Source of the DNA: Hydrurus foetidus
Lineage: Eukaryota
NCBI GenBank assembly: GCA_900617105.1
Contig: UYFQ01000568.1
Location: 1 to 39,279, forward strand
Length of the DNA: 39,279 nt
Direction: 5' to 3'
Of this stretch, positions 1-11,699 are shown in pieces (positions within the stretch are counted from its first letter, which is position 1; every line of letters starts with the position of its first letter). Both the position numbers and the translations under genes were made by a program. The notes below the pieces were generated by a model, which saw only the letters and a list, made by a program, of their open reading frames with translations, searched no databases and was not told the origin of the DNA.

Positions 1-97
1 TGTGCAGTGAAGTGTGATGTGCAGTGAAGATGTGTGCAGTGAAGTGTGTGTGCAGTGAAGTGTGTGAGTGTGCAGTGAAGAGTGTATGCAGTGAAGA
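1..97. repeat. Degenerate minisatellite, core TGCAGTGAAG with variable TG spacers
   Basis: Six copies of tgcagtgaag between 1 and 97; the repeat continues off the left edge. Confidence 0.9.
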
Positions 98-109
98 ATT
101 TGTTTGCGC

Positions 110-1234
110 TCACTTCATCTCTGTTTGTGTCGACTGTATGTCGAGATGATATGTCATCTGATCTCGCAAAAAGTTTCGGTTGCTCACTTCGTTGTCAAGA
201 ATTGTATCGCTCCTTTTGCTGATTATTACTTCAGCTTTTGTCCTATGAAATCGAAATGATATTAAATTAGTTTTAAGTCCTACGAAAGGAGGGGAAAGAA
301 TACTTAGTCACCTATTTTCGATGGAAAGCTCCTTCCTGGATTTTCCTTGTATGTCGCCAACAGTCATTCCTGTTGCGCCTTTGGCAACCAAGTACGATAC
401 CATGTATCCATCCTTTTCTCCTATGATTTAGAAAAGATAAAGTGTACGTCATGTATTGAAGTGTTTAATTTCTATTGGAGACTTATTACCTTTGTAGGCT
501 TTGACAACCAGGTACTTCATGGCTATGTAGCCAAATGTAAAGTATCCCGCTGGTATCTCAGCTGATGTTGGGGATGTGGCTACGGGAGCCTCTTCGACAA
601 CTTCATCGCCCCCCTCAATAACAATTGGAATCTTCTTCTTCTGCTGGAGATGATCGTCGTAAACCTAAACAAATTTCATGAAGTCAGATGGTCAAGGAAA
701 TTTTATTTAGAAGAAGCCTGAAGCTACCTTCTGCAATATCTTCCGCAGCTCGGTATCTGCATTCCCCCCAGAGTCTTCGTTGAGTTCGATGCCAAAAGCC
801 TCTTTGTCAGATATGACGTCTTTCTCATCTTGTAATGGTTTCAATGTCGTGAAGCTCAGTATCTTTCCATAATCTGCTAGCCAATTCACCAGGTCCCTCC
901 GCATAGACATTCCGCGTTCCCAGATCTTCTCGCTTGTGATGAAATTAGTCTTCGTTGTTTGTCTCAACGAGTCCTTTGGAAATTCTCGAGGAGCGAATTC
1001 CGCCATCGACGTCCATCTTCCTTTCTGCTCATTGAACAAAGCCAACTCAGCCTCGAAGATCGCAAAAACCTTCTTCTCCTTCATTTCCTTCGTGCATTGC
1101 TGCCCCGAACTGTAGACTGCGTTGACTGCGATGAGGCATAGAAGATTCTGGAGAATCTTCAGCTTCTGCAAGTTCGTTAACATGTCAGAATTGTGGTGTG
1201 CTGGTGAGGATATCCAGATGAGTGTGTTCGACAT
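110..1234 (-). pseudogene. Spliced gene of unknown function, probably TE-associated and degraded
   Basis: ORF 707..1252 reads ...LRKILQK into a GT-AG intron at 727..665 (AAG|GTAGCT...TTTAG|GTT) and continues VYDDHLQQKKK. Further GT..AG candidates lie near 487-421 and 311-279. A frame change is needed near 560. No family recognised. Confidence 0.45.
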
Positions 1235-1592
1235 ACTGCGTAGCGTCGACACTTTCAGGTTCGTCTGCCGTTTTTTAATTCAAATTTGATGACTTTTCCC
1301 TTTTTACGTTCTCAGATTAGAACTTTTCAGTTTGCATAACCGTAAGACTCGAGAAATGAAATAATCTGAACTGAAAATAAATTCGTGTTTTTTGTTTTTA
1401 GTTTTCGGTACGTAAGAATCGGTCTAAATCGAAATACAGCAAAAAGTCGAATATGCAAAACTCTGCATTTTGACGGATACAGAGTTTTTTTCGGTGTGTC
1501 GAACGCAAAGAAATAAATCGAAATATTCTGCATTGCAAGAATACAGTGAAATCGGTGAAATGCAGAGTTTTTCTGTGCCACCGAACGAACCC

Positions 1593-1688
1593 TTAGAATT
1601 CGCTGGGGCGCCACTCCCCACACCATACTAAATCATCAAAAACAGGAAATTAGTATGGTGTGGGGAGTGGCGCCCCAGCGAATTCTAA
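1593..1688. repeat. Perfect 39-bp inverted repeat with 18-bp spacer (mini-MITE or back-to-back TE termini)
   Basis: 1593-1631 ttagaattcgctggggcgccactccccacaccatactaa is the exact reverse complement of 1650-1688. Confidence 0.95.
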
Positions 1689-1964
1689 AAGTTCCCCGAA
1701 AAGTTCATTTTATTCCGGAATCGTAATAGAGTGTTTCCGCAAACGGAAATATCCCGGAAATTTGGAATTCCGTCTTTTAGACTTTTCCGAGATTTCTGGG
1801 GGTAAAAGCCGTTTCAGTCATTTGGAAAAATCATCTTGCGCTTTCGGACATTTGATATATCTGGAATGAAGAGTTCGAAGTCTTTTTTTTTGAAAATTCA
1901 AATTTTCTACCATGAAGTGGAGCAGTCTTCCCGCTCAGATGCGTTGCAAGATGCATCAGAACTT

Positions 1965-3344
1965 ATGCAAACTATGGAAGACGAGTTTGAGACCGTCCAA
2001 GTGGATCGAACTCCGATTGGCTCTTTGTCTCTGAAACGTCGTTCTGCCGGTATCTCTGTTGAAGAAACTCTGCAAGTATCTGCTATGATCATGACAGGTC
2101 TACTAGATGATGGTTATGAGTCTGCTGCTAGTGATGACAGTGACAAAGAGGAGGAAATTGATGATCACGAGAATCAGAGTGATCCAAAAGATAATACATT
2201 AGAATTAGTTAGCTATGCTCTGTTGGAGAAAGTCATTTCTATTGATCAACCTATGAATATCACAATAACCAAGCTTGTGAAAAAAGAGATTACAGCTGCC
2301 ACTTATTCGGATGAGCAATCCTGGTCCTTGCTACGCTTTCGCAAACCTGATTTAGTTAGACTCATTGATCAGCTTGCGATGCCGCCATTTCTATTTTCTC
2401 CCTCACGTCATCGTTATTCGAAGGAATTCTCCATCATACTCTTGCTGAGGCGGATGGCTTATCCAGGGAGGCTTCACGACCTTGAGATCGAGTTCGGGAA
2501 AGAGCACACATCTTTGAGCCGATCTTTAAGCTTGACTGTGAATTGGTTGCTCGCCAATCACGGCTTTCGCATCAACAACAACTTACGCTTCTGGATGCCC
2601 TACCAGGAAACTTTCGCGACTGTTGTTGCAACGAAAACTAATGTTCCTCTTGAGTTTGCAAACGTGAATTCTTTCTTAGACGGTACTCAGAAGTCAATAT
2701 GCCGTCCCAGTGATGGTGCAGGAAGAGTTGAAGATATTCAAAAAACGTATTATTCTGGATACTACAGGAAGCATGGTTTTAAGATGCAATCCTTAATGTA
2801 TCCTAACGGTAAGATTATCCATTTTGCATGGTTTTAAATGGATAACAATTTGAAGTGGTTCTAAATTTAATTCTCTCTTTCAGGTATGATTGGAGATCTC
2901 TATGGCCCTGTTTCTTGCCGCCGTCATGACTCATACTTACTGAGAAAGAGTGGGTTACATGATAGATTGACTGCTTTGCTTTCTGATTTTCCAGTGGATT
3001 ATTTGTGCTATGGTGATTCAGCTTACCCCAAACTCCGTTTTATCACAAGAGGTGCGAAGAGAGCGAAAGTACCGAATCCCTTAAATTTAGTCGCATTAGA
3101 AAATAGTAGAAGAATGTCAAAAGTTAGAGAATGCGTTGAGTGGGGGTTCGGTAAAATTGTGAATCTTTGGGCATTTTTGGACTTCTCAAAAAACCTTCAA
3201 ATGTTCTCTTCGCCAATTGCTTCGTATTATATTGTTATGGCGTTCCTCACTAATTGTCACACTTGTTTGTATGGCGGGCAAACGTCACAATTTTTTGAGT
3301 GCGCTCCACCAACGCTCGAAGAATATTTATCTCCAGTTGTTTAG
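1965..3344 (+). CDS. PIF/Harbinger (HARBI1-like, DDE_Tnp_4) transposase, two exons, intron 2809-2883
   Basis: Motifs RFRKPDL, LLRRMAYP..L.DL...FG, FLDGT (D1), YSGYYRKHGFKMQ, GRRHD-like CRRHD, YGDSAY (D2), RECVEWGFG (E). Splicing AACG|GTAAG...TTTCAG|GTATG restores YPNGMIGDLYGP in frame. Start codon is uncertain. Confidence 0.9.
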
Positions 3345-3623
3345 ATCTAATTCAATTTTGTCATTTTCATTTTTTCTTCTTCGTGTAAATGTACCCCAAA
3401 AAATTGAAAAAGAAAATTTCGTATTATAAATTATCAAAAATTTAAAATTTTGAAATTGGGCCATGTCAATCCACAAACTTTAGGAACATTTGCAAAAGCA
3501 CAGAGTTTAAATCTTTGTTTTTGGTGTCCATATTTGTAGAATCGACGTCAAAAACTGCTGTGACAGACACCAATTTTTGAAAAAACGGTTACCTTCAATT
3601 TACCATTTTATTTAAGCTGTTAC

Positions 3624-4262
3624 ATGGACTTATCACAATTAAATCAAATCAGCATGACCATCTGTAATTACAAATTCGGTAACATTGTTTGTCTGACGGA
3701 ATGCCGCGGACCAGATGGTGGTAGAGTTACTTCAAAATGCAAGAAACATCTTAATCATGCTGCGAGAAAGTCAAGAAAAAAGTTGAAGAGGAAGGTTGAG
3801 TCCAGCTCTAAGAGAGATGCACTCATAGCAAGAGCCAGGGAGACTCTTGAAGCGAACAAGCGGCAGCAAAAATCCCGAGGAGGGAGACAAGATGCCATAG
3901 AGGCCATCGAGAACGATAACGTCAAAAGAATGGCGACTGTTCTGAACAGAATGAAGGATAGCAGACAATATGTTATGTGGCTAATGCAGTTGCGAGTACC
4001 TTGACGCCTGAGGACTTTAAGTTGACTGGTATAGCTGAGCCAATCAACTTCTCCAACAGGACTCCTCCATTCCTGCGAACAATGCATGCTCTTGAGGATC
4101 CCTCTGTACATTTATCTGATGTCTTGGAGGCCATCAGATTTGTATTTAGCGGATGTAGCAACATAACTGTAAAACTCCTGAACTCCAAAGCTGGCGACAA
4201 AGCACAGGACTCTCACACAGACTATGTGCCAGACAAGGCAACACCGATTGAATCGCTGTCTG
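3624..4262 (+). pseudogene. Frameshifted, truncated gene: Cys/His and basic N-terminus followed by a possible 2OG-Fe(II) dioxygenase fragment
   Basis: ORFs 3624..4004 and 3977..4288 overlap in different frames. The second contains VKLLNSKAGDKAQDSHTDY, resembling the HxD strand of PhyH-like oxygenases. The distal His and Arg are not present. Confidence 0.4.
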
Positions 4263-5009
4263 CTTTTTCGACATTTCGTCTCTTCTGAGGGCATCGTTTT
4301 GAGCTTCTTGGCGAATCAGACGGGCCTCTTCAGCTGCTTCGCGACGAATTTCACGGGCCTCTTCAGCAGCTTCAGTACGGACTCTCTTGGACTCCTGGAA
4401 TTCCTCCTCTCGGAGCAGCATCTTCCGATCCTCTAGGCTATGCTTTCTGTCCCTATCGACGGAATTGTCTTCGTCAGCTTTCTTTGCGAGGACCTTGATC
4501 AGCATGGAGTCCAGCGTGTCGTTCTGATTGACTGGTTCTCCATCAGGAGTGGCGCGGATGACCAGCTTCTTGTTAGCCTTGGGGGTGACTCTTCCCTTCG
4601 ACAATTCCAAATCTTGTGCGGCGGATAGGGCTACCACTCCTTCCTTCGCTTCACGATCCAGATCGGCATGATCAGCTTCCTCCTCCATTTCGGCTAATAT
4701 CTCTTCCAAGCCCGATGCAATCTCACCGACGTCTTCAGTGCCTCCAGATTTCCACTTGTGGTTCTTCTTGTTGCCTTTCTGAATTGTTAGCAGTTTGTCG
4801 AATTGAATGTTGCATGTCTTGCCACTTGGAGATGAATTACCAAGGAAAGTTTCCGTCCTCTCTTTCAGGGCTGCAGCGACTCCATCCCAGAAGGCATTCT
4901 TCTGGCCGTGGCCGATCTTTGCATAGTTGCAAATTCGCACTGGATGGCCGATAGCGACCTCACTTATTTAGAACTCATTGGCCTCCTTGGTCCAAACTGT
5001 ATTTACCAT
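4146..5009 (-). pseudogene. Myb/SANT-like DNA-binding protein (Harbinger ORF2 type) with one in-frame stop
   Basis: ATG at 5009 gives MVNTVWTKEANEF*ISEVAIGHPV...NAFWDGVAAAL...SGKTCNIQFDKLL...KSGGTED, followed by an E/R-rich coiled coil. TAA is at 4968-4970. It lies convergent with the Harbinger transposase. Confidence 0.7.
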
Positions 5010-5025
5010 CGCAGTTTCTGACTCT

Positions 5026-5139
5026 TGAGATCTCGGATATATCTCGGATATATCCGAGATCAAATCTCCGAGACTCGGCAAATCTCGGAGAAAATTGTCG
5101 GAGATTTGACGGAAGAGGGGGGTAAATCTCCGAACCCTG
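5026..5139. repeat. Clustered direct/inverted TCTCGGA-TCCGAGA motifs ending in CCCTG; probable DNA-transposon terminus
   Basis: About eight copies of tctcgga/tccgaga/ggagat. The reverse strand starts CAGGGTTCGGAGATTTACCCC at 5139. No partner TIR was found in the window. Confidence 0.5.
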
Positions 5140-5621
5140 GGGTTCCAGCTGGATATTTCCGTTTGTGCAAACACTCTACTATATCAATAGAAAATTGGAA
5201 AAAATACTTTATCGTGTGTAAAAATACTGTAACGTGTAGTGTTCTACTATAATCTTTCTATAGTCAAATATGTGTAATTTCTACTATTTTTAAATAGAAA
5301 CTATACTATAAATGACATTATCAAACTTCATAAATAGATTTTTGTACTAATATCTGGACATCCGTTTCACATCTACCTAATCAAAGGATTTCCTACCCAT
5401 TTTGTACACTGTGCAGCAAAGAACTGAAAGCGTACTAAAATCGAGTCCATACACTTCAATCTACAATCGATGACTTCAGTAGCGAAACCGATAGCCTAAA
5501 TCTGTAATTGAAACTGCAAATCATTGAGCGTCTACTACGACATTAATCGCATCGACAGTCAGTTCTTGCAAGTCTTCACCTTCAGCGAGTCACAACATTT
5601 AGTTCTTGTGACACCTGAGTA

Positions 5622-6195
5622 ATGGAGGATCTCGGAAATCGAGTCAGAGGCAATGGTTTACCCTGGACGTTCCTGCGATCATTCAGCTAAGGTGATCAAA
5701 GTGGAGATACTGCTTATCGACTTTCTAGGCATTAATCTTTCGTATTATCAATTTCAGATCCTGAAGTCGTACCTTTCCTCCTTGATTTGGGGGTTAAAGT
5801 TGGCAGAGTCACCAACAGCCCAATCTCCACGACCTCTTACTATCGATGCAAAGTGGGAGGTTGCAAGAAGCAGTACAGAGTCATCAAGTTATTTGATGAC
5901 ACTGACGACGAGGACGTTGACAATCTCTATGTGGAGGAGGTCGCGAATGAAATCCATGATCACGCTGCAGCAGACGTCAACATCAGGGGGTTGTCGACGC
6001 AACAGAAGGAAATAGTCCTTCAATGCCAAATAAGGAGGCAAAGTGCTCCCAAATGTGTCATCGATGAGTTCGATCGTCAAGCTGCAATCCAGCTGGCAGC
6101 AAACCTACCGGTTGTTCCGACTCCAACAACGGCGATGATATCGAGCTTCCTATCTCATTATCGGAAGCTTCAAAGAGCTGGCATTATCAAAGAGA
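5622..6195 (+). pseudogene. Mutator (MULE)-like transposase N-terminal fragment with a WRKY/FAR1-type C2H2 zinc finger
   Basis: YYRCKVGGCKKQYRV...EIHDH (C-x4-C...H-x-H) followed by RGLSTQQKEIV. Upstream MEDLGNRVRGNGLPW ends in a stop. No DDE core is present. Confidence 0.55.
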
Positions 6196-6355
6196 GTCAT
6201 TCTTCATGCCGTCATTCTTCATGCCGTCATTTTTCATGCCATTAATTTTCGTGCCGTTAATTTTCATGCCGTGAATTTTCATGCCGTGAATTTTGATTCC
6301 GTTATTTTTTATGCCCTTAATTTTCATGCCGTCGAATTTCATACCGTTGAATTTC
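6196..6355. repeat. 15-bp tandem repeat, about 10.5 copies (consensus GTTAATTTTCATGCC)
   Basis: Visible periodicity: gtcattcttcatgcc gtcattcttcatgcc gtcatttttcatgcc attaattttcgtgcc ... Confidence 0.95.
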
Positions 6356-7522
6356 AAAGACGTTGTTTAGTACACATACGCACCAATTTCACTATACACA
6401 CCCACTCATTCGAGTTCACATACGTCATCGTCACGAGCCTAGACCGCAAGTAAATGTATCTTGTATCCATTCTTAAGATCTGTTCCTGGGAATATAAATC
6501 AACACTTTTTGACCTCATAAGCTCCTTTTTCTTTCTCAGTCAATGTTGACGAACAAAGCAAATGAAATTAGTAAAGCGTACAACTATTTTTGTATAGTGC
6601 GCAATAGATCATCTATGAAGGAATGAGTAGTAAAATGGTCACAAATTAAAGGCATTGAATCCACAACTTGTTGCATGTGCACTCAAGTATTAGTTCCATG
6701 AAATAGGTCAGTGGTTCTCATTCTTGGCATGGGATCTACAATTTGACACTGATTACATTAAATAGTACTAAATCTATGAATGAGTATTGTACACATATTT
6801 AAGTATGACTTCCATTGAATAGTAGGTCGATCTTCACTTTAGGGTACAAAATCCATATTTTAGTAGAGCCATGTTTTGGTAAAATTTCCAGGATTATAGT
6901 ACTAGATCTACATTAAAGTAATATTTTCCAGATTTTAGTATGCCCATATATTTGCCCGATAATAAATAGGGCACATCGACATGGGATTGCTGGAACAAGT
7001 GGTATTTGTTTGGGATTCAGTCTACCGTATGTGCATCTCAGGTGTACCGTATAGATTTAGAATACCTTTGAATAATGCGATTACGATCCTACTCAAGAAG
7101 ATGACGTGGATTTCATCCACCATACGTCAGATCAGATCAGAATATGAATATTGAATCCGGATTTCAACATTGTTGCACTGTAGTTTACTTGTAGCATTCC
7201 GCATACTTCTTTATCAAGTAATTGAACCACACTACGTTTTTAAAACCACACCCACTTGCTCCGTTCGGGAAGGTCTTGTGCATTCAGGAAAGCGCGCCTG
7301 AACACTCAAGAGCCTCTTCTGCAAAGGAGCATCGTTCATATTACGAGGATAAAGTCTTACCCCAACTTTGGTTCGACACGGAATACTGCCGTATCGACGG
7401 AGAGCACTGAAACGAGAACATGGTTTTGGAAAAACGCGATCATAAAGAAGTATCCAACGTAAGCGAGTCGCAATCGCTTAGCCGAGAAGCCCAAAGAGTA
7501 TTTGGCCAGAGAGCATCTGCAG

Positions 7523-9561
7523 ATGTCCGAACGCGGAATCGATAAAGACCCAAGAGGTCGGAGGAAGTGGGGCGGCTAAGGCCGCAGAAGAGGATCACCC
7601 CCACCAGCCCACGAGGCACACAAGTCAGAGCCGAAGTTCAAAGGAGGCAAATCAGATCTTCCGACTCTTAATTACGGAGCGGCACCGAAAGAAAATCGGC
7701 CGATAGAGTTCTTGCAACTCTTCGGCGAACATTGTGCCATCAACTACAAGTCTTGCATAGCGCAAGCATTTGAGACTTCACCGCCTGCATTCGGAGAAGA
7801 AGAAGAAGAACCTGTCTTGCCGGACACAAATGCGGGAAAGGCTATCTTAGCTGATTACACAAACGACAGGAAGGAATGGAAACTTGAAACTAAAAAGATC
7901 GAGGAGCACAAGAAAGCAGTTGTTGCTCTCGTTTACGCACAGCTGAGCGAATCGTCGAGGAGTGAAGTCAAGGACCATGAAGACTGGACGGAAGGTTATG
8001 CCGCACGAGACCTCTTGTACTTGATCACGAGGATCCGGGCAACCCACATTGCTCGTCAGAGCGGCAACCCAGCTCAAGACATGGAGCGGGTGCGAACCAA
8101 TTGGGCCACAATGAGAATGTTTCCACACGAGACTAGCTTTGCTTTCCGCAAGAGAGTGGAAGACTATCAACTCGAGAGAACGTCTGTAGGACTTCCTGAA
8201 ATACCAGACAACGAGCTCATAATCGGAATCCTGAATCGTGTAGACATGTCAAGATACGCGTCGCTCGTCAAAGACTACCTTGACAACGAGAGACGCGGTA
8301 TAGCTGAACTACCTGAGCTGCCCTCAACCCTATGGAAAGAGATCAAAGATACTCAAGTAGTGCGATTCAGGGGTACAGGAAACCCGAACCTCGAAGCAGT
8401 GTATCTGTCTCGAGTCGATGAAATTGACGACAGTGGCCGAGGAAAAGGCCGCGGTGAACGTGGTGGACGTGGTGGACGCGGTGGCCGTGGAGGACGTGGA
8501 GGACGCGGCAGCCGTGGAGGCCAAGGCGGCCGGGATGGACAAGGTGATAAACCAAGAAGCGGCAAAGGTGGCGGCGGTACAGGCCCTGCGGCGACCACAA
8601 CAGCCGACACTGGTGTGGAGTCCGTTACACCGAGTGATATTGTCTGCTGGAATTGCGGCAAGAAAGGACACCGCTCCAATGTTTGTCCGACGAAAGCGGT
8701 TCACTTTGCCGATGCAGTTGATGATGCTCAGATCTTTCTTACGACAATAGAAACATTGGATCCAGCACATCAAGAATCTCTTTCAGGGTCACTGTATAAC
8801 ACCGGCAACATCGTGTCTGTCCTGCTATCAACCGCGACTAATCTTGAGCATGTAATCATGCTCGACACGCAATCCAGTATTCATCTCGTGTCCAATCCGG
8901 AACTTCTCTCCGACGTCAACCATACCGCCAGACCTATTGTCGTTCAAGGCATTATGGGAGACAGAATTAAGGTCACACTCGAAGGAGTCATCAATGACAT
9001 TGGAGTTCATGCATACTTCAGTCCTAACAAAGCAGCCAACATATTAAGATACCACAAGTTACAGGAAACACACAAGATACATTATGACGAGCACCAAGAC
9101 ATCTTCTCTGCCGTTCCGAACATGGTTGGCCCTATTTACATGTTCAAATGGCCATTACGTGATGAACCTGACCGAAGTTCGCCATCTGTTCCTTGCCACT
9201 GTTAAGCACAAAGCTGCGAAGTACTCCAAAAGACAACTCATAGCTGCACGAAAAGCCTATGATTTCATCATTCGGATGGGTTTCATCAGTTATAAAGCCG
9301 CAGCAGAAGTCGTTCAGCGAGGAAGCATCACTGAGCTGGGGTTCACACGAGCTGACCTAGTCAATGCGCAAGACATATATGGCTCACCTGCTGCCTACCA
9401 GTTAGGACATGGCACTCAACGATCAGCGGTGCCACGGGATGATGACCCTATTTCGCTGCATGAATCCATAGAACAGGAGCTTCAGGTGGATCTATTCTTC
9501 TTTCTGGGACAGGTCTTCCTCCTCAGCATCTCGGTGCTTCTGGGGCTTATCATGGTCACCC
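7523..9561 (+). mobile_element. Ty1/copia retrotransposon 1: gag, protease and start of integrase, frameshifted
   Basis: Gag with an RGG tract and CCHC knuckle CWNCGKKGHRSNVC. Protease IMLDTQSSIH. Frameshift near 9145. Pre-integrase ARKAYDFIIRMGFIS...TRADLVNAQDIYG, as in diatom CoDi-type elements. Integrase D1 in LQVDLFF. PR followed by IN is the copia order. Confidence 0.85.
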
Positions 9562-9569
9562 CAGATCGT

Positions 9570-11672
9570 TTAAAAAATTTGAGAGCGTTTAACCGCTTTT
9601 GGATCCACCATCATGTGAAGTGGTTTTACCATTTCTGAGTGAAAAGGAACGAATTGACGGAAATAATTGGCTAAGCCAAGGAATCCCCGTAATGCCGTAA
9701 CTTCTTTTGGAAGTGGAAAGTTGAGAACTGTCTCAATCTTTTCTTTCGACATGGATAAACCATCTTTGTCGATGACTCGTCCGACGTACTCGATACGTTT
9801 AAGACCGAATCGGCATTTCTTTGCTTTGAGTTTAAGATTTTTAAGTCTAAATCTCTCAAAGACTTTCCTCAAGTTCAAAAGAAACTCTGCTTCGCCCCGG
9901 CCATATACAATGCAGTCATCGAGATACATCTCGCAACAGCTGTATATAAGACCGTGAAGGACCGTTGTCACCATCTGCTCTTGAAAGTAAGAGGGGGCAC
10001 GACAAGGGCCAAAAGGCAATCTTGTGAATTGAAACACCCCCATGAAACATATAAATGCCGTATAGATTCGGTGGGGTGTATATAAGGGAGCTTGATGGTA
10101 ACCCGCGGTTAAATCCATCACCCCATAAATATCCGGTTTTCGATTACCGATCCTCTCAAAGAGGTGTTTGATATTTGGTAGTGGAAAGGAGGCCGGCTCA
10201 ATGCAGTCATTGAGTGCTCGATAATCGATGCAGGTTCGATATGTATCGGCTGTCTTATTTACCATTACAGGATGACTGTAGTATGCAGCGTTCGACCTCT
10301 CGATCACACCATCTTCCAACATCTCTTCGATAGAAGTGCGGAGATAATGTTCCTTTTTAGAGGATTGGGGTCGCACGGGTGCGTGGTTCGATGGAACCTC
10401 CCATTTCTGCCGTGGCAGGTTTATCTCAAACGGCTTGAGGTCAGCAGCTTGCGGAGCTAGCTTATCACTGAATATATCAGCGAATTCAGAACAGAGAGTA
10501 CGGAGATCCTTTTGAAGGCTTTCATCTCCTTCAAAATGAATCTGAGACAAGAAATCATCCGGCCCGTTGGGCGGTACATTCCGGCACGTCTTGTCACGCA
10601 AGAAAGGTGCGAAGGTATCAGTTTTATCATCGTCACTCTCGTCAACGGAGAGTGCGACACCGCTTGGCCATATGGCTTCCGCGTCATAGTCTGATGTAAC
10701 TGTGTCCCCAGAGGTATGTGTGAGGATGGGAATCGAGTCACCATCTAGGTGCGGGGTATCACCCGTACGTTTCGCGAGTACAGTCGAGACACTGTCCAGT
10801 CGCTGACAACCCACATCACCACATGGACTTTGGGTAGCTACTCCCTTGGTACCATCCTGGGTAACGTTACACATGAACGTTGTATGACAATCTGACCCTA
10901 CGACTTCCTTGGTTAGAGGTGCGTGCAGAATGGCCTTCTTAGGTGTTGGCATTGGGCAGAGACCGTATGGTTCTCTCCGATTCGAAAGTTTTGCTTTGGT
11001 GATACCCTTTAACATATCGTATGTAGGTGTAATCGACTCCACTTCCGGTTCTTCGGGTATAAAACCCTCAGATATCATACGTCTGGTGTACTTGTGCCAG
11101 TGAAGCGGGTCAAGCTTGGCTATCGCTTCCCTTTCTTCAAACTCGAGCCAACGAGCATCACGCTTCCTTTTGTTCTCGGCACTAAGCTCGGGAGAAATAC
11201 CAAAAGCGAAAGGTGTTAATGACATAAAATCATATTTATTTACAGTTTTTCGACTTAGTAAAAGTTCAATGTCTGTGTTCCTGTTAACCCGCATCGTTAA
11301 AGGGATGGTATAACATTCGCCGTCATAAGAATGAAATTTAAGAATTAAATCAATCATTTCGTTATTTATATAGCACTGGCCATCGAGACCAGAGCAAACA
11401 GTAATGGGTTTAGAAGCTGTATAACAGTCATGTTTAGCATTCAATTTATCAATCATCGTGAAAGAAATAAAATCTTCGGAGTAATTGGCGGTATCGAGTA
11501 CGGCCTTGCCCACAACGCGTCGTACGCTAGATTGGCGCTCCTTATCCTTATCCTGTATCAAAACCGTTACGTTGAGATGGTCAGAAGGTAGAATTGATGG
11601 ATCATGCAAAAATTCATCGGGAATAAATGCTGGAATGACCGATGCAGTAATGCATGATACTGAATGTTCCAT
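9570..11672 (-). CDS. Gypsy Pol: aspartic protease + reverse transcriptase, truncated before RNase H
   Basis: AVLDTAN (PR), RTCIDYRALN, MDLTAGYHQ, RLPFG..APSYFQ, YLDDCIVY, LRGFLGLANYFRQFVP. Confidence 0.95.
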   Translation of the reverse strand: MEHSVSCITASVIPAFIPDEFLHDPSILPSDHLNVTVLIQDKDKERQSSVRRVVGKAVLDTANYSEDFISFTMIDKLNAKHDCYTASKPITVCSGLDGQCYINNEMIDLILKFHSYDGECYTIPLTMRVNRNTDIELLLSRKTVNKYDFMSLTPFAFGISPELSAENKRKRDARWLEFEEREAIAKLDPLHWHKYTRRMISEGFIPEEPEVESITPTYDMLKGITKAKLSNRREPYGLCPMPTPKKAILHAPLTKEVVGSDCHTTFMCNVTQDGTKGVATQSPCGDVGCQRLDSVSTVLAKRTGDTPHLDGDSIPILTHTSGDTVTSDYDAEAIWPSGVALSVDESDDDKTDTFAPFLRDKTCRNVPPNGPDDFLSQIHFEGDESLQKDLRTLCSEFADIFSDKLAPQAADLKPFEINLPRQKWEVPSNHAPVRPQSSKKEHYLRTSIEEMLEDGVIERSNAAYYSHPVMVNKTADTYRTCIDYRALNDCIEPASFPLPNIKHLFERIGNRKPDIYGVMDLTAGYHQAPLYTPHRIYTAFICFMGVFQFTRLPFGPCRAPSYFQEQMVTTVLHGLIYSCCEMYLDDCIVYGRGEAEFLLNLRKVFERFRLKNLKLKAKKCRFGLKRIEYVGRVIDKDGLSMSKEKIETVLNFPLPKEVTALRGFLGLANYFRQFVPFHSEMVKPLHMMVDPKAVKRSQIF

Positions 11673-11699
11673 GTCAGTGACATCAGATGAATCGACATC

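Noticed and set aside
6196..6355. CRISPR-like array (also considered for 1-97)
   Set aside because: The units are contiguous with no unique spacers, there are no cas genes, and the context is eukaryotic.
6870..7435. Copia-1 5' LTR and PBS (TG near 6872; AACA|TGGTTTTGG at 7417-7429)
   Set aside because: There is no second LTR for comparison and the PBS match is unconvincing, so boundaries cannot be supported.
8330..8773. Overlapping Pro/Arg- and Val/Ala-rich ORFs
   Set aside because: Alternative-frame and antisense readings of the GC-rich RGG repeat.
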